Below, piece by piece: positions 20,195 to 29,937 of a DNA stretch of 64,000 bases. The stretch covers positions 96,001 to 160,000 of the forward strand of contig JBHLMG010000001.1 of the NCBI GenBank assembly GCA_048938385.1. Reading direction: 5' to 3'. The stretch comes from Promethearchaeota archaeon. GTDB taxonomy: Archaea; Asgardarchaeota; Hermodarchaeia; Hermodarchaeales; Hermodarchaeaceae. Position 1 is the stretch's first letter, and each line of letters begins with the position of its first letter. A model generated the notes under the pieces. It saw only the letters and a list, made by a program, of their open reading frames with translations. It made no database searches and was not told where the DNA came from. The position numbers and the translations under genes are program-made.

Positions 20195-21037
20195 ATGGAA
20201 GGAACTCAGAGGGAAGAAACATTGCCTGACTACGAGCTTATTACAAACGAAAAAACTTGGATTCTCCAATCACCAACCCTCAACCAAGCACATACTTTAA
20301 TTACGGCTGCTCTCGCTCAAAAACGTCTAATTCAAATCATAGGGCAGTGCCATGTTGAGTATAAAGGGCGAGCGCGGTCTATCCTGACAAAAGGCGAACG
20401 CCTTGTTATTATTAAACGGGATGGAGCTATTCTGGTTCACCAAGAAAGTGGTGTTGAACCAGTCAACTGGCAACCACCTGGGGCTACAATAAAACTTACC
20501 CACAAAGCTAATCTTCTTCTCTTACAAGCTACTCGCTCGAAACCTAGAGAAAAAGTACATGTCGAATTCTCTTCTCTAGCGATGGTTTCTGCGAGCCTCA
20601 TTGACGACGCCGGTGAGTTCAGTATGTACCTAACTGAAGAAGAAATGCAGCGAATCCTGAGTGCTCACCCTGAACTTATCGAGCCTGGTCTGCGTACAAT
20701 TCGCCGAGAACGCCCTGTCACTCCTGGGTTCATCGATATCTTAGCACATGATGCAAACGGGCAGCTAGTCGTGATCGAACTAAAACGGCGCCGAGCGAAT
20801 AGTGAAGCAGTGTTACAGCTCCATAACTACCTTAAAAGCTTCCAAACAGGAAGTGCTACTCAAATTCGTGGCATTCTCGTCGCTCCCAGTTTAGCTAAAG
20901 GAACTCAGGCACTTCTCGAACAGCTTGGTCTCGAGTTTCGTAAGATCGAGCCACAGCAATGTGCTCAGTACTTACGGGAGTCTAAATCACAGAAACTTAC
21001 TGATTTTGTCAAAGACTCGTTAAAGAACCCAACCTAA
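20195..21037 (+). CDS. nucS: Mismatch-specific endonuclease NucS/EndoMS
   Basis: C.VEYKGRARS.L..GERLVIIK.DG..LVH....EPVNWQPPG, GFIDIL..D..G.LVVIELKR, AVLQL..Y, RGILVAP. Confidence 0.95.
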   Translation: MEGTQREETLPDYELITNEKTWILQSPTLNQAHTLITAALAQKRLIQIIGQCHVEYKGRARSILTKGERLVIIKRDGAILVHQESGVEPVNWQPPGATIKLTHKANLLLLQATRSKPREKVHVEFSSLAMVSASLIDDAGEFSMYLTEEEMQRILSAHPELIEPGLRTIRRERPVTPGFIDILAHDANGQLVVIELKRRRANSEAVLQLHNYLKSFQTGSATQIRGILVAPSLAKGTQALLEQLGLEFRKIEPQQCAQYLRESKSQKLTDFVKDSLKNPT

Positions 21038-21549
21038 CTGATACAGGTCCATGCAATTTGTCGGAAGCCGTCAGTGACGCCTTGGCCTTCCTTTGCGCTA
21101 GTCTCAAAGTATCCCCATCCCACTTGTTGTGCATAAGCCATCCCCTCTTCTGTTGATACCTGTCGTTGGTCAACCAAGTCTACTTTGTTAGCGATTAGAA
21201 CAGATGGAACTGCTCCTGTTACACCTGAAACCTCGCTATACCACCCAGGAATATTATCAAAAGTTTGTCTGCGTGTCACATCAAACACCAAGATCACACC
21301 CGCAGCCCCTCGATAAAATACAGGGCGCACAGAGCTAAAGTGGGGTTGGCCCGCTAAGTCCCATAATTGCAATCGTACTAGCGTGTCTCCAAAATTCAGC
21401 TCTTTAACAGCAAAACTGGTGCCGACCGTCATGATATAAGACTCACGAAAATGCCCTTCTGTATAGCGAATGATAAGACTTGTTTTTCCAACGGCCCCGT
21501 CACCGACGACGCAAACTTTTAGGACATATTGGCGTTGATGTGTACTCAT
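21034..21549 (-). CDS. Rab-like small GTPase
   Basis: G1 GDGAVGKTS, G2 Y.MTVG..F, G3 LQLWDLAGQ, FYRGA, G4 NKVD, G5 ETSAK. Confidence 0.93.
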   Translation of the reverse strand: MSTHQRQYVLKVCVVGDGAVGKTSLIIRYTEGHFRESYIMTVGTSFAVKELNFGDTLVRLQLWDLAGQPHFSSVRPVFYRGAAGVILVFDVTRRQTFDNIPGWYSEVSGVTGAVPSVLIANKVDLVDQRQVSTEEGMAYAQQVGWGYFETSAKEGQGVTDGFRQIAWTCIS

Positions 21550-21717
21550 GAAGCCTTGCTCCTTGTGAGGGCTCGGTTTGTCTGACTTACGCCTGTGTGC
21601 ATATATTGGTTTCGTTCCTCAGGAAGTTTTCTGCTTGGTTCATTAATTTCGCCCAATGATTTTTATGGAGCTGAAGGTTGTAAGGTGCAAGCTAATTCAC
21701 TCGGAGTGCTAACAGAA

Positions 21718-24690
21718 ATGCCAGTTTCCGAAATTCCCAAACAATTCGATTTACCCTCCTTAGAAGAGGATGTACTTCAGTTTTGGCAAGAAAACCAGGT
21801 ATATGAGAAGATCACCGAACAACTCCTTGATCGTCCAATCTTCCAATTCCTTGACGGCCCTCCTTACACCACAGGTTCCATTCATCTCGGAACCGCTTGG
21901 AACAAAATTATGAAAGACTTGGTTTTACGGTTTCACCGGATGCAGGGCTTCCGTGTAATAGATACTCCGGGTTTTGATATGCACGGGTTACCAATTGAAG
22001 TCCATGTAGAAAAAGCTCTGAAAGTTAAATCGAAGCTAGACATTGAAAACAACATTGGCGTAGACAAGTTTATTGAACGATGTCAGGATTTTGCCCTCTT
22101 AAATTTGAATGAGATGACGCAGCAATTCAAACGCTTAGGCGTTTGGATGGACTGGGACCGACCGTATCGGACAATTGACAACCCCTACATTGAGGGCACT
22201 TGGTATTTGATGAAAAGGGCTTCGGAGAAGGGCTTTCTATACCGTGGGCTCCGATCTATAGACTGTTGCATACGATGTGAGACCGCCCTCGCCAAACGCG
22301 AGCATGAATACAAGACAATTGAAGATTATTCGATTTGGGTTAAGTTTCCTGTTTCAGGAAAACCCAACGAGTTTATTGTGATTTGGACTACAACTCCTTG
22401 GACACTACCCGCAAATATGGCTGTAATGGTCAACCCCGAATTCGAATACATCCGAGTAAAGGTTGACGATGAAATATGGATACTAGCGAAGGGGCTAGCT
22501 AACATCATATTACAGGGTCTGTTAAACAAACAATACGAGGTTATAGAGGAGGTCAAGGGAAAGGCGCTTTTAGGGCTTCGTTACGAACATCCCCTGTTAA
22601 AGGAGGTTCCCAAACAAGCAGACTTCCATAACACCTCAAAGAAAGTACATTCCATTGTATTAAGTGAAGAATATGTGACGCTTGAACAAGGGACTGGACT
22701 CGTCCATATGGCTCCTGGACATGGTCCCGAAGACTTCGAGGTGGGCCAGCGTGAAGAAATACCTATCTTCTGCCCTGTGACATTCTCAGGGACTTTCACC
22801 GAAGCGGGTGGAAAATACTCAGGAATGAAAGTTCAAGATGCTAGCGAAGTTATTCTGACCGACCTACGCAAAAAGAACCTCTTAGTTCATCAGGATACGA
22901 TTGAGCATGAATACGCGCACTGTTGGCGTTGCGGCTCACCCTTAGTATACCTTGCTACTGATCAGTGGTTTCTTCGTGTAAGTGATTTACGAGAAGAAAT
23001 CATAAAAAAGAACGAAGGGATTTACTGGGTTCCAGATTGGGCTGGTCACACTTGGTTTCGTAACTGGGTTCAGAATCTTCGAGATTGGTGCATTTCAAGA
23101 CAACGGTATTGGGGGGCTCCTCTCCCAATCTGGATTTGCGATAAGTGTGAGCAAATTGAGGTCGTTGGTAGCGTAGCTGAGTTAAAAGAGAAAGGAGAAA
23201 AAGTCCCTGAGAACCTCCATCGACCTTGGATTGACAATATCATGTGGCCTTGCTCAAAATGTGAGGGCACAATGAAGCGAGTGAATGATGTCTTAGATGT
23301 GTGGTTAGATAGTGGTGTTGCACCCTGGGCAACTCGTTGGGCCACCTATGGCACGACGGACTTTGACAATTGGGTAACGGCTGACTTTGTAATTGAAGGG
23401 AAAGATCAGATCAGTAACTGGTTTAACACTCTCTTTAACTCGACAATGCTTGTTGATAATAGAGAACCATACAAGCGAGTCTACATGCATGGATTTACAG
23501 CCGATGAATTCGGTCGACCTATGTCAAAATCAAAAGGAATTGGCGTCATGCCCGAAGAGGTGGTGGCGAAATTTGGTGCTGAGACGCTACGAATGTACTG
23601 CATTAAAAGCACTGGACCGGGTGAAGACATGACTTTTCTCTGGAAAGATGTAGAAGATACTCGTCGATCTCTCTCCATTCTTTGGAATGTTTATGTCTTT
23701 GCTACGACATTCATGAAAGCCGCAGGTTTCGTTCCTAAAATTCAAACAATTTCAACCAAGGCGTTGCAGAACGAAGACCGTTGGATTCTTTCGCGATTGC
23801 ACCAAATGCTTCAAGAAGTTACCAATCGCTTTGAGAAATACGAACTGCCCTTTGTTCCACGCCTAATGGACGATTTTGTTGTCCGCGACCTTAGTAGGTG
23901 GTATATTAAACTTATCCGATCACGAACATGGGTTAGCTCTACCGACGATACAAAAACACAAGCCTTTAACACCCTCTATTATGTGTTGAGAAGCCTTCTT
24001 GCGATACTTGCTCCAGTTCTTCCCTTCCAAACAGAAAGAATGTACCAAGCTCTCGTTCGCTCCGTTGAACCTGATGCCCCTCTGAGTGTTCACATGCTTC
24101 CTTGGCCGAAGGTCGATACAACGCTAATAGATGTCCAATTAAACCAGGAAATGGATTGGGTTTCAGAAATCGTAGATGCTGTACAATTCATCCGACAAGA
24201 AGAGGGATTGAAACTTCGTTGGCCGTGTAGCCGTCTTGTGATAGTTCCCTCGAAGAAAGAATTCTCCTTGGAGAATTTCAGCGAAGTGGTTGCTAGTCAA
24301 ACTAATGTGAAGCTGGTTGAAATTAAAAATAGAGTGAAAGGTGACAATCTAAAAGAAAAGGAACTTTCCTTTGCTACGGTATACCTTGATGTTTCTGAAA
24401 CAACTGAACTTCGCGCAGAGCGCTTATCTCGTGACCTTATTCGTAGAATTCAAGCAACTCGTAAGAAAGAAGGTTTACATGTTACTCAGCGAATAACGCT
24501 CTATATAGCGGCGCGCCCTCAAAAACTACGAGAAGCCATAGAAGAAACAAGGGCGGCTATAGCATCAAAGGTTGGTGCAACAAAATTAGAAGTGAGCGAT
24601 AAATTACCTCTCCTAGACGGACTCGCTAAGGGTAAGCTTGATTTTGACAACGAGAACATTGAATTCGGTATTTTGCGCAATTCCAAGTAG
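21718..24690 (+). CDS. ileS: Isoleucine--tRNA ligase
   Basis: FLDGPPY, HLGT (HIGH), GFDMHGLPIE, WTTTPWTLPAN, GTGLVHMAPGHG, DWCISRQRYWG, MSKS; ATG 21718 follows a GGAG SD-like sequence. Confidence 0.97.
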   Translation: MPVSEIPKQFDLPSLEEDVLQFWQENQVYEKITEQLLDRPIFQFLDGPPYTTGSIHLGTAWNKIMKDLVLRFHRMQGFRVIDTPGFDMHGLPIEVHVEKALKVKSKLDIENNIGVDKFIERCQDFALLNLNEMTQQFKRLGVWMDWDRPYRTIDNPYIEGTWYLMKRASEKGFLYRGLRSIDCCIRCETALAKREHEYKTIEDYSIWVKFPVSGKPNEFIVIWTTTPWTLPANMAVMVNPEFEYIRVKVDDEIWILAKGLANIILQGLLNKQYEVIEEVKGKALLGLRYEHPLLKEVPKQADFHNTSKKVHSIVLSEEYVTLEQGTGLVHMAPGHGPEDFEVGQREEIPIFCPVTFSGTFTEAGGKYSGMKVQDASEVILTDLRKKNLLVHQDTIEHEYAHCWRCGSPLVYLATDQWFLRVSDLREEIIKKNEGIYWVPDWAGHTWFRNWVQNLRDWCISRQRYWGAPLPIWICDKCEQIEVVGSVAELKEKGEKVPENLHRPWIDNIMWPCSKCEGTMKRVNDVLDVWLDSGVAPWATRWATYGTTDFDNWVTADFVIEGKDQISNWFNTLFNSTMLVDNREPYKRVYMHGFTADEFGRPMSKSKGIGVMPEEVVAKFGAETLRMYCIKSTGPGEDMTFLWKDVEDTRRSLSILWNVYVFATTFMKAAGFVPKIQTISTKALQNEDRWILSRLHQMLQEVTNRFEKYELPFVPRLMDDFVVRDLSRWYIKLIRSRTWVSSTDDTKTQAFNTLYYVLRSLLAILAPVLPFQTERMYQALVRSVEPDAPLSVHMLPWPKVDTTLIDVQLNQEMDWVSEIVDAVQFIRQEEGLKLRWPCSRLVIVPSKKEFSLENFSEVVASQTNVKLVEIKNRVKGDNLKEKELSFATVYLDVSETTELRAERLSRDLIRRIQATRKKEGLHVTQRITLYIAARPQKLREAIEETRAAIASKVGATKLEVSDKLPLLDGLAKGKLDFDNENIEFGILRNSK

Positions 24691-24702
24691 TTCTCCCAAC
24701 AC

Positions 24703-24710
24703 ATTTAAAC
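24703..24710 (+). promoter_or_regulatory. Putative TATA box of the tRNA gene
   Basis: ATTTAAAC about 30 nt upstream of the tRNA 5' end. Confidence 0.45.
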
Positions 24711-24738
24711 CCAAATGAAACACGACCCTGTAATTAAT

Positions 24739-24884
24739 GGGCACGTGGCTTAGCCTGATGGAGCGCCGAACTACTACGCATACTGCGTGGTGTGTGTATG
24801 CCTTATATGGTGTCGCTCCGAACATTCAAATGCGAAACCTAGGTAAGCCGGAGGTCGCGGGTTTGAATCCCGCCGTGCCCACCA
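24739..24884 (+). tRNA. tRNA-Ile(UAU) with two BHB introns (24769-24799 at 29/30; 24808-24845 at 37/38) and encoded CCA
   Basis: Acceptor GGGCACG/CGTGCCC + A + CCA; D stem GCTT/GAGC; spliced anticodon arm CCG|GC CT TAT A|A GCCGG; T arm GCGGG TTTGAAT CCCGC; both inserts fold as BHB-type motifs. Confidence 0.88.
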
Positions 24885-24892
24885 TCTTGCTT

Positions 24893-26434
24893 TTAAGCGG
24901 CTCTGCGTTTTCCTTCGAAATCCTTAGCCATGGTTTCAAAGTCTGTACCGAAAGCCGTTTCTTTAGTAAGACGCTTTCTCACCTTGAGAAAAACGGGAAA
25001 ACGTGTGGCTTGACCAACAACAAGCGCCTCTCCAACACTAAGGCTTGAAATAGAAGTTAAGGTGGCTTTGGTGATTTTTTCAGATGTAGCGCGAATATGG
25101 TCTAGATCGTAAGGATTGGTAATTCGGAGAAACACATTGGTCCCACATTGCGATAACACCGTTGTTGAGAGACGAACCGGTCGTTGCGAAATTACGCACA
25201 GAGATAAATTGTACTTTCGACCTTCGCGCGCAACCGTTTCAAGAATACCTTTCGAAAATGCCAAGGCACGACGGGCTTCAGGGCAGAATTGATGGCTCTC
25301 CTCGAGAAAGACAATTGTTGGTGGGATAACTGAATCACGTCGAAGGTCGAATAATCGGCGAAGTACGGCATCGACGATGATCTGTTTTTTCTGCAGATTT
25401 ACAGTGTCACTCATGTCGAGAATCACGGCATGACCAGGTTTCATCATCTTTTCCCAAATGGGTGTGGGGGTCTTACCGAAAAGCCGAAGGTTCTGAAGAT
25501 TGTCCAACCATCCTAAAAGGGCTTCTCGCGTTCGGGTGTTGATTGACGGGTCTTTTTCCAGTGCAGTGATGAGGTCACTAATATCATAAGGTTGCCCTTT
25601 GCGTGCACTTCGCATGGTATGGATTATTCGTGTGAGTTCACGAACCTGGATTGTCCCCATTTCGGGAGAGTAGGTGGCAAACGCTTTGGCGCTCATTTGA
25701 GGGGTAGCTATTTCGATAAGGGGACTCTTGATCATCGAGATTTGGTTCTCGAAGTTGCTTCCATGCTCCTCTATGGGTTCAGCTAGACTAGTGTACTCCC
25801 CGTGTACATCAATTACCAGAATGGCTGGTCGACCTTGGCTAGGTTTTCTCGAAAGTAATTCTTCGAGCATCACTGTCGCAGTGTAGCTTTTACCTGCCCC
25901 GCTCATTGCGAGTAAAGCAACATGCTTTTGAAACATTTTTGTTAAATCAAAGGTTGCAGGGATTCCGTGAAACATGAGTTGACCGAGAAGAACCCCGCCA
26001 GGCGTGAATCCAAGAAACTTCGACAAAATTTTAGGATCCGGTGTAGCTACAATGGCCCCGGGTGAGGGGGGAAATGTTACTCGTTGAACTTCTCCCTTGT
26101 TGTATATGCCAAGCGGCTTAGCCTCAGCAACCACATACTCCCACCGATCAATCGGAAAAATCGCTCCAAAAGCCTTGCCAGAACGAGTGAACTCGTGGAC
26201 CGCATCGATTTGAGCGAAGTAGCGATTGGTTTTGTAAACCTGCTCAATGTGGGCAATGACTAATCCTTCTTCGGTTTCCGTCGAGACATATTGTCCAACA
26301 TGAACTGGAATTCCATCCCTAATTGTTGGGTCATCCTGTTTTCCAATGACAAATACAACATTCTCCGTAGAAGGACCATTTTCTGTACAGACAACAGTTC
26401 CAAGGGGATTGGGATTCATTGTCAAGTTCAACAC
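24893..26434 (-). CDS. herA: HerA DNA translocase/helicase
   Basis: N-terminal HAS barrel, HVALLAMSGAGKSYT, IDVHGEY, LEESHQF, AREGRKY...ISQRP..L...VLSQC; adjacent to nurA. Confidence 0.92.
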   Translation of the reverse strand: MLNLTMNPNPLGTVVCTENGPSTENVVFVIGKQDDPTIRDGIPVHVGQYVSTETEEGLVIAHIEQVYKTNRYFAQIDAVHEFTRSGKAFGAIFPIDRWEYVVAEAKPLGIYNKGEVQRVTFPPSPGAIVATPDPKILSKFLGFTPGGVLLGQLMFHGIPATFDLTKMFQKHVALLAMSGAGKSYTATVMLEELLSRKPSQGRPAILVIDVHGEYTSLAEPIEEHGSNFENQISMIKSPLIEIATPQMSAKAFATYSPEMGTIQVRELTRIIHTMRSARKGQPYDISDLITALEKDPSINTRTREALLGWLDNLQNLRLFGKTPTPIWEKMMKPGHAVILDMSDTVNLQKKQIIVDAVLRRLFDLRRDSVIPPTIVFLEESHQFCPEARRALAFSKGILETVAREGRKYNLSLCVISQRPVRLSTTVLSQCGTNVFLRITNPYDLDHIRATSEKITKATLTSISSLSVGEALVVGQATRFPVFLKVRKRLTKETAFGTDFETMAKDFEGKRRAA

Positions 26435-26443
26435 ATTAACTAA

Positions 26444-27619
26444 TTATTTTGAATGAAAGGGCATTCGCTCGCGTCGTAATTTCAACAAGCTCTGTGGATA
26501 ACCAATACGGTTTGAAAGTTGATTAAATAAAAAGTCAAGATCTCGTTCGATAAGTCGGGCTTGAGAATCTGCATCTATTAGAACAGTGGGAAGTGCGAAT
26601 TCGTCGTTATTTGACGCCATTGGAAGTAACATGGCTCCTACTTTCTCAATAATTCTACTCGGGTTATATGAACCTGTGTAGACTTCAATGCGTAATGGAT
26701 AGTCGTATTTTGCTGTGCGTAAGTAGAAACATACAAGGTCAGCATCTTGAGTGGCGCCGTCGTTCAAGGCATCCGAATTGTTATCGCTAAATCCGTTCAG
26801 TCGAAGAATTGGTGAGCGTTCACCCACTTCGAGAATTCGGTAAAAAAAGTCGGAATCGTAACTAATTTTCAACACGGATCGGTAATCCATGTCTAATAAT
26901 GGTTTCAACTCAGGAAAACGGGGAATTAGGTGAGGTAGAACTTCTCCTAGAATGTGCATGAAATGTTGGCTTCGACTATCTTTGACGACTCCTGCTAAAA
27001 GTGTGCCCGTTTTCTTTGTCTTTGTGTACAACTCTTCATAAAGAGAGAGAATTTCTTGATATTTTGCAGTATTCACTGAATGGTTCGATGGACGAACACT
27101 GATGTGAGGTCTAAGGGAACCATCAAGAAGAAGTAACTCAGATGGATGGTGATCCTGTACACGAATTGCCAATTCTAACTCTGCTTTTAGCCGTTCTAAG
27201 GATGCGCTCAGCTCCGCGTCTCGCCAAGATATTGGGGTAAGTTCAGCCTTTACCATTGGAGGTGTTGTTTTTTCAGGAAAGTAGATGGCAGAAACTCGGT
27301 TTGCAGGTGTATATTCAAAGATGGTTGCAACTGCACGTGTAATGACTAGTTCGATACCTCGTAGCGTCTTCTTTAATAATCCGCCATCAATCCCACACAC
27401 TCTCAGACCGTTCAGGTTAGTAGGTTCAACTCGGTGGGCTAGTTTACCATCAATCAAGGCTTTTTGAGCAAGCGGGATATCTAATCGTAGATCGATGTTG
27501 TGTCGGTGGCTATGCAAAATAGCAGCGAAGGCACTCCTTTTCTTTTCAAATAATTGAATTTGCTCGGCGATTTTTTGGATTTCAGCATCCAACGCCCAGA
27601 GCTCTCGAATCGTCTTCAT
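26444..27619 (-). CDS. nurA: NurA DNA double-strand-break repair nuclease
   Basis: VCGIDGG, ELELA, LLLLDGSL, GVVKDSRS, P..LIDADSQAR. Confidence 0.9.
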   Translation of the reverse strand: MKTIRELWALDAEIQKIAEQIQLFEKKRSAFAAILHSHRHNIDLRLDIPLAQKALIDGKLAHRVEPTNLNGLRVCGIDGGLLKKTLRGIELVITRAVATIFEYTPANRVSAIYFPEKTTPPMVKAELTPISWRDAELSASLERLKAELELAIRVQDHHPSELLLLDGSLRPHISVRPSNHSVNTAKYQEILSLYEELYTKTKKTGTLLAGVVKDSRSQHFMHILGEVLPHLIPRFPELKPLLDMDYRSVLKISYDSDFFYRILEVGERSPILRLNGFSDNNSDALNDGATQDADLVCFYLRTAKYDYPLRIEVYTGSYNPSRIIEKVGAMLLPMASNNDEFALPTVLIDADSQARLIERDLDFLFNQLSNRIGYPQSLLKLRRERMPFHSK

Positions 27620-27698
27620 TCAAATCGTCCAGAGGAGCTTTCTTAGCTTAACACGGTGCTTAAAATTAAAACTTGGTATAACGCTATAAACGCAACCA

Positions 27699-28265
27699 AT
27701 GAACACTAATAATCCCATGTTGCTCAAGGCTCAGGCTCTTCTTAGCCAATACATCGAGGATGTTGAAATTCTGAACCATTGCGAGGCCACACGCCAGAAG
27801 GCGCTCCAAATCGCAGAGATCCTTTCAGCTAAAATAAGTGTTGACTTCAATATAGTAGGTCTTGGAGCAGTATTACACGACATCGGTCGTGCGCGAATCC
27901 ATGATGTAACACATGGCTATGTTGGCGGGCAAATCTTGGAACTTTATGATTACCCTTCGAGCGTTGTAAGAATAGTTGAGCGGCATGTATTAGGCGGGTT
28001 TACAGCAGATGAGGCGATTTTAGTCGGTCTTCCCCCACGGAGTTTCGTCCCAGAAAGCTGGGAAGAAAAAATTGTGTGTGTTGCAGATAAATTGGGGGTA
28101 TACGCTTGGACAGGAATAGATCGACCTGATTTGTGGCTCGAGAAGATGGAAAGTCGGTTTGCTGAATTACAGCAACGATATGGGGTTGTCGAACCGTATT
28201 TAACTTCAATGGAACGCGCTAAACACTTTGCCATAGCAATGAAACGACTTGCGACAATGCAATAG
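27699..28265 (+). CDS. HD-superfamily (HDIG) phosphohydrolase
   Basis: HCE, AVLHDIGRA..H..HG..G..IL, IVERHVLGG, EEKIVCVADKL. Confidence 0.88.
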   Translation: MNTNNPMLLKAQALLSQYIEDVEILNHCEATRQKALQIAEILSAKISVDFNIVGLGAVLHDIGRARIHDVTHGYVGGQILELYDYPSSVVRIVERHVLGGFTADEAILVGLPPRSFVPESWEEKIVCVADKLGVYAWTGIDRPDLWLEKMESRFAELQQRYGVVEPYLTSMERAKHFAIAMKRLATMQ

Positions 28266-28284
28266 AGCATTCATCAACGAGTAC

Positions 28285-29067
28285 TTATGGACAACACATA
28301 GGATAAATGAGCAATCCAGTAAATACTAGGATGATTGTAGCGAGAAGTGGAACAGAGAGATTATCCCAACCTGCGGGGGATAACCCTTCGAGTAGCATAG
28401 CAGAACTAGCACACATCAGGCTAATAGTGATAATCTGAAGTAAACTAAAAACTGGAAGCCCATTCGTAGAAAAGACATCTAAGAAGAGCCAACATATCCA
28501 CGATCCGATGAAGGAGGCTGCAAACACTGAAAGTGACCCCTCAATGCTCCGAGTCGCTTTTCCAATTCTATACCAATGCTTTCCGTATTTTGCTCCTATG
28601 AAGGGAGCTATACCATCACCGAGATACATTGCAGTGAGACCCATTGCGGGTAAGGGGTAGAGGGGAGTTAACGAAGGAATTAATGTAAAAACCGAAACCA
28701 GAAGTGTAATCGACACTGCGTAAAAGAAAGGACCCCAAATGTGCCCTGAAAGGTAATCCTCCTCCCGTGCCATAACTTCAAACATACTTCTTAAACCCTT
28801 TACAGGGCTCTTTGGCGATGCAAGATAGATGAGCACTAAAAAGGATACTGCTACGATTATCGCAGCCCAAGAATGCGTGTAGAAGGGAACTGTGAACACA
28901 GAAAAACCTGCACCAAGATGAATAAACTTCCTAGTCATCGCAGGATGGTAGTTACGCCAACGCCGGAGTCCCTCCCCGATAACGAGAATAGCAACAACCC
29001 AAGTATAAGCAATAGCCAAAACAAGAAGATCTGTTAAGGTAGGAAACGGAAGTTGCATGGTGTTCAC
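28285..29067 (-). CDS. Dolichol/phytol kinase family (CTP-dependent polyprenol kinase) membrane protein
   Basis: TRKFIHLGAG, GPFFYA, GDGIAPFIG..YG, RSIEGS, GWDNLSVPL. Confidence 0.85.
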   Translation of the reverse strand: MNTMQLPFPTLTDLLVLAIAYTWVVAILVIGEGLRRWRNYHPAMTRKFIHLGAGFSVFTVPFYTHSWAAIIVAVSFLVLIYLASPKSPVKGLRSMFEVMAREEDYLSGHIWGPFFYAVSITLLVSVFTLIPSLTPLYPLPAMGLTAMYLGDGIAPFIGAKYGKHWYRIGKATRSIEGSLSVFAASFIGSWICWLFLDVFSTNGLPVFSLLQIITISLMCASSAMLLEGLSPAGWDNLSVPLLATIILVFTGLLIYPMCCP

Positions 29068-29182
29068 CCATCTAGTAATTGTCGTGTCTTGTACTAAGAT
29101 GTATTTAGGTTATCGGAAATAGTGAATAATGATTATTTCCATTGAATTCGGTAAATGATGTGGTAAGGTAGGCGCGTCGTTA

Positions 29183-29929
29183 ATGAATTTAATCAATCAC
29201 AGCGCTCGTGATAATTTACTTAGAACGATTGCCGGTGAAATCACCCTCGCAGAAAACCCAGGAAGGGCTATGCGAAAATGGCGGGAACAGTTTGGAGTAG
29301 CTCAACACGACCTTGCCCTCCAGCTGGGCATTTCTCCTTCGGTAATTAGTGATTATGAAAGTGGGCGCAGAAAATCACCCCGAGTTGAAACAATTCGTAA
29401 ATTCGCTGAATGCCTTCTGGAAATAGACGAAAAGCGTGGTGGGCACTTTGTTAGAGCCTTTCTTCGTTTGATAGGATCGGACATACCTTCTGATATTCTC
29501 CTTGATATTCGAGAATTTCCTACTGCGATTTTAGCCACACAATTAACTGAATTTCTCGAATGCAAAACCATCGTAGACGACGAAATACCCAACCGAGAGC
29601 TATTTGGCTACACAACAATTGATAGCCTAAAGGCTATTCTACAACTCACCCCAGAGCAAATGTTAAAACTATACGGCGCAACGCCCAATCGTGCAGCTAT
29701 ATTCACCCATGTCAGCACGGGGCGTTCACCGATGGTGGCTATTCGAACCTCGCAAATGGGTTTAGGCTCTTCAGTTCGACCTTCTATCGTCATTCTTCAC
29801 GGCCCAACGAAAGTTGATCCGGTTGCTACCAAAATCGCTGAGGTCGAAAAAATTCCTCTATATCTCTCTACAATCAAAGAGACAGACGCCCTAGTCAAAA
29901 AACTTCGTAATTTTAATCCAGAGGTGTAA
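29183..29929 (+). CDS. XRE-type HTH transcriptional regulator (archaeal COG1709-like)
   Basis: IAGEITL.ENPG..MRKWRE.F...Q..LA..LGISPSVISDYESGRRKSP; GYTTIDSLKAI; VSTGRSPMVAIR. Confidence 0.88.
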   Translation: MNLINHSARDNLLRTIAGEITLAENPGRAMRKWREQFGVAQHDLALQLGISPSVISDYESGRRKSPRVETIRKFAECLLEIDEKRGGHFVRAFLRLIGSDIPSDILLDIREFPTAILATQLTEFLECKTIVDDEIPNRELFGYTTIDSLKAILQLTPEQMLKLYGATPNRAAIFTHVSTGRSPMVAIRTSQMGLGSSVRPSIVILHGPTKVDPVATKIAEVEKIPLYLSTIKETDALVKKLRNFNPEV

Positions 29930-29937
29930 CAAAAACA

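Noticed and set aside
21034-21050. C-terminal Cys of the Rab-like GTPase (WTCIS) as a prenylation signal
   Set aside because: Does not match CAAX, CC or CXC, and there is no flexible tail
24737-25048. 103-aa ORF (and the antisense 70-aa ORF at 24613-24825)
   Set aside because: Overlaps the intron-containing tRNA and the end of herA or ileS
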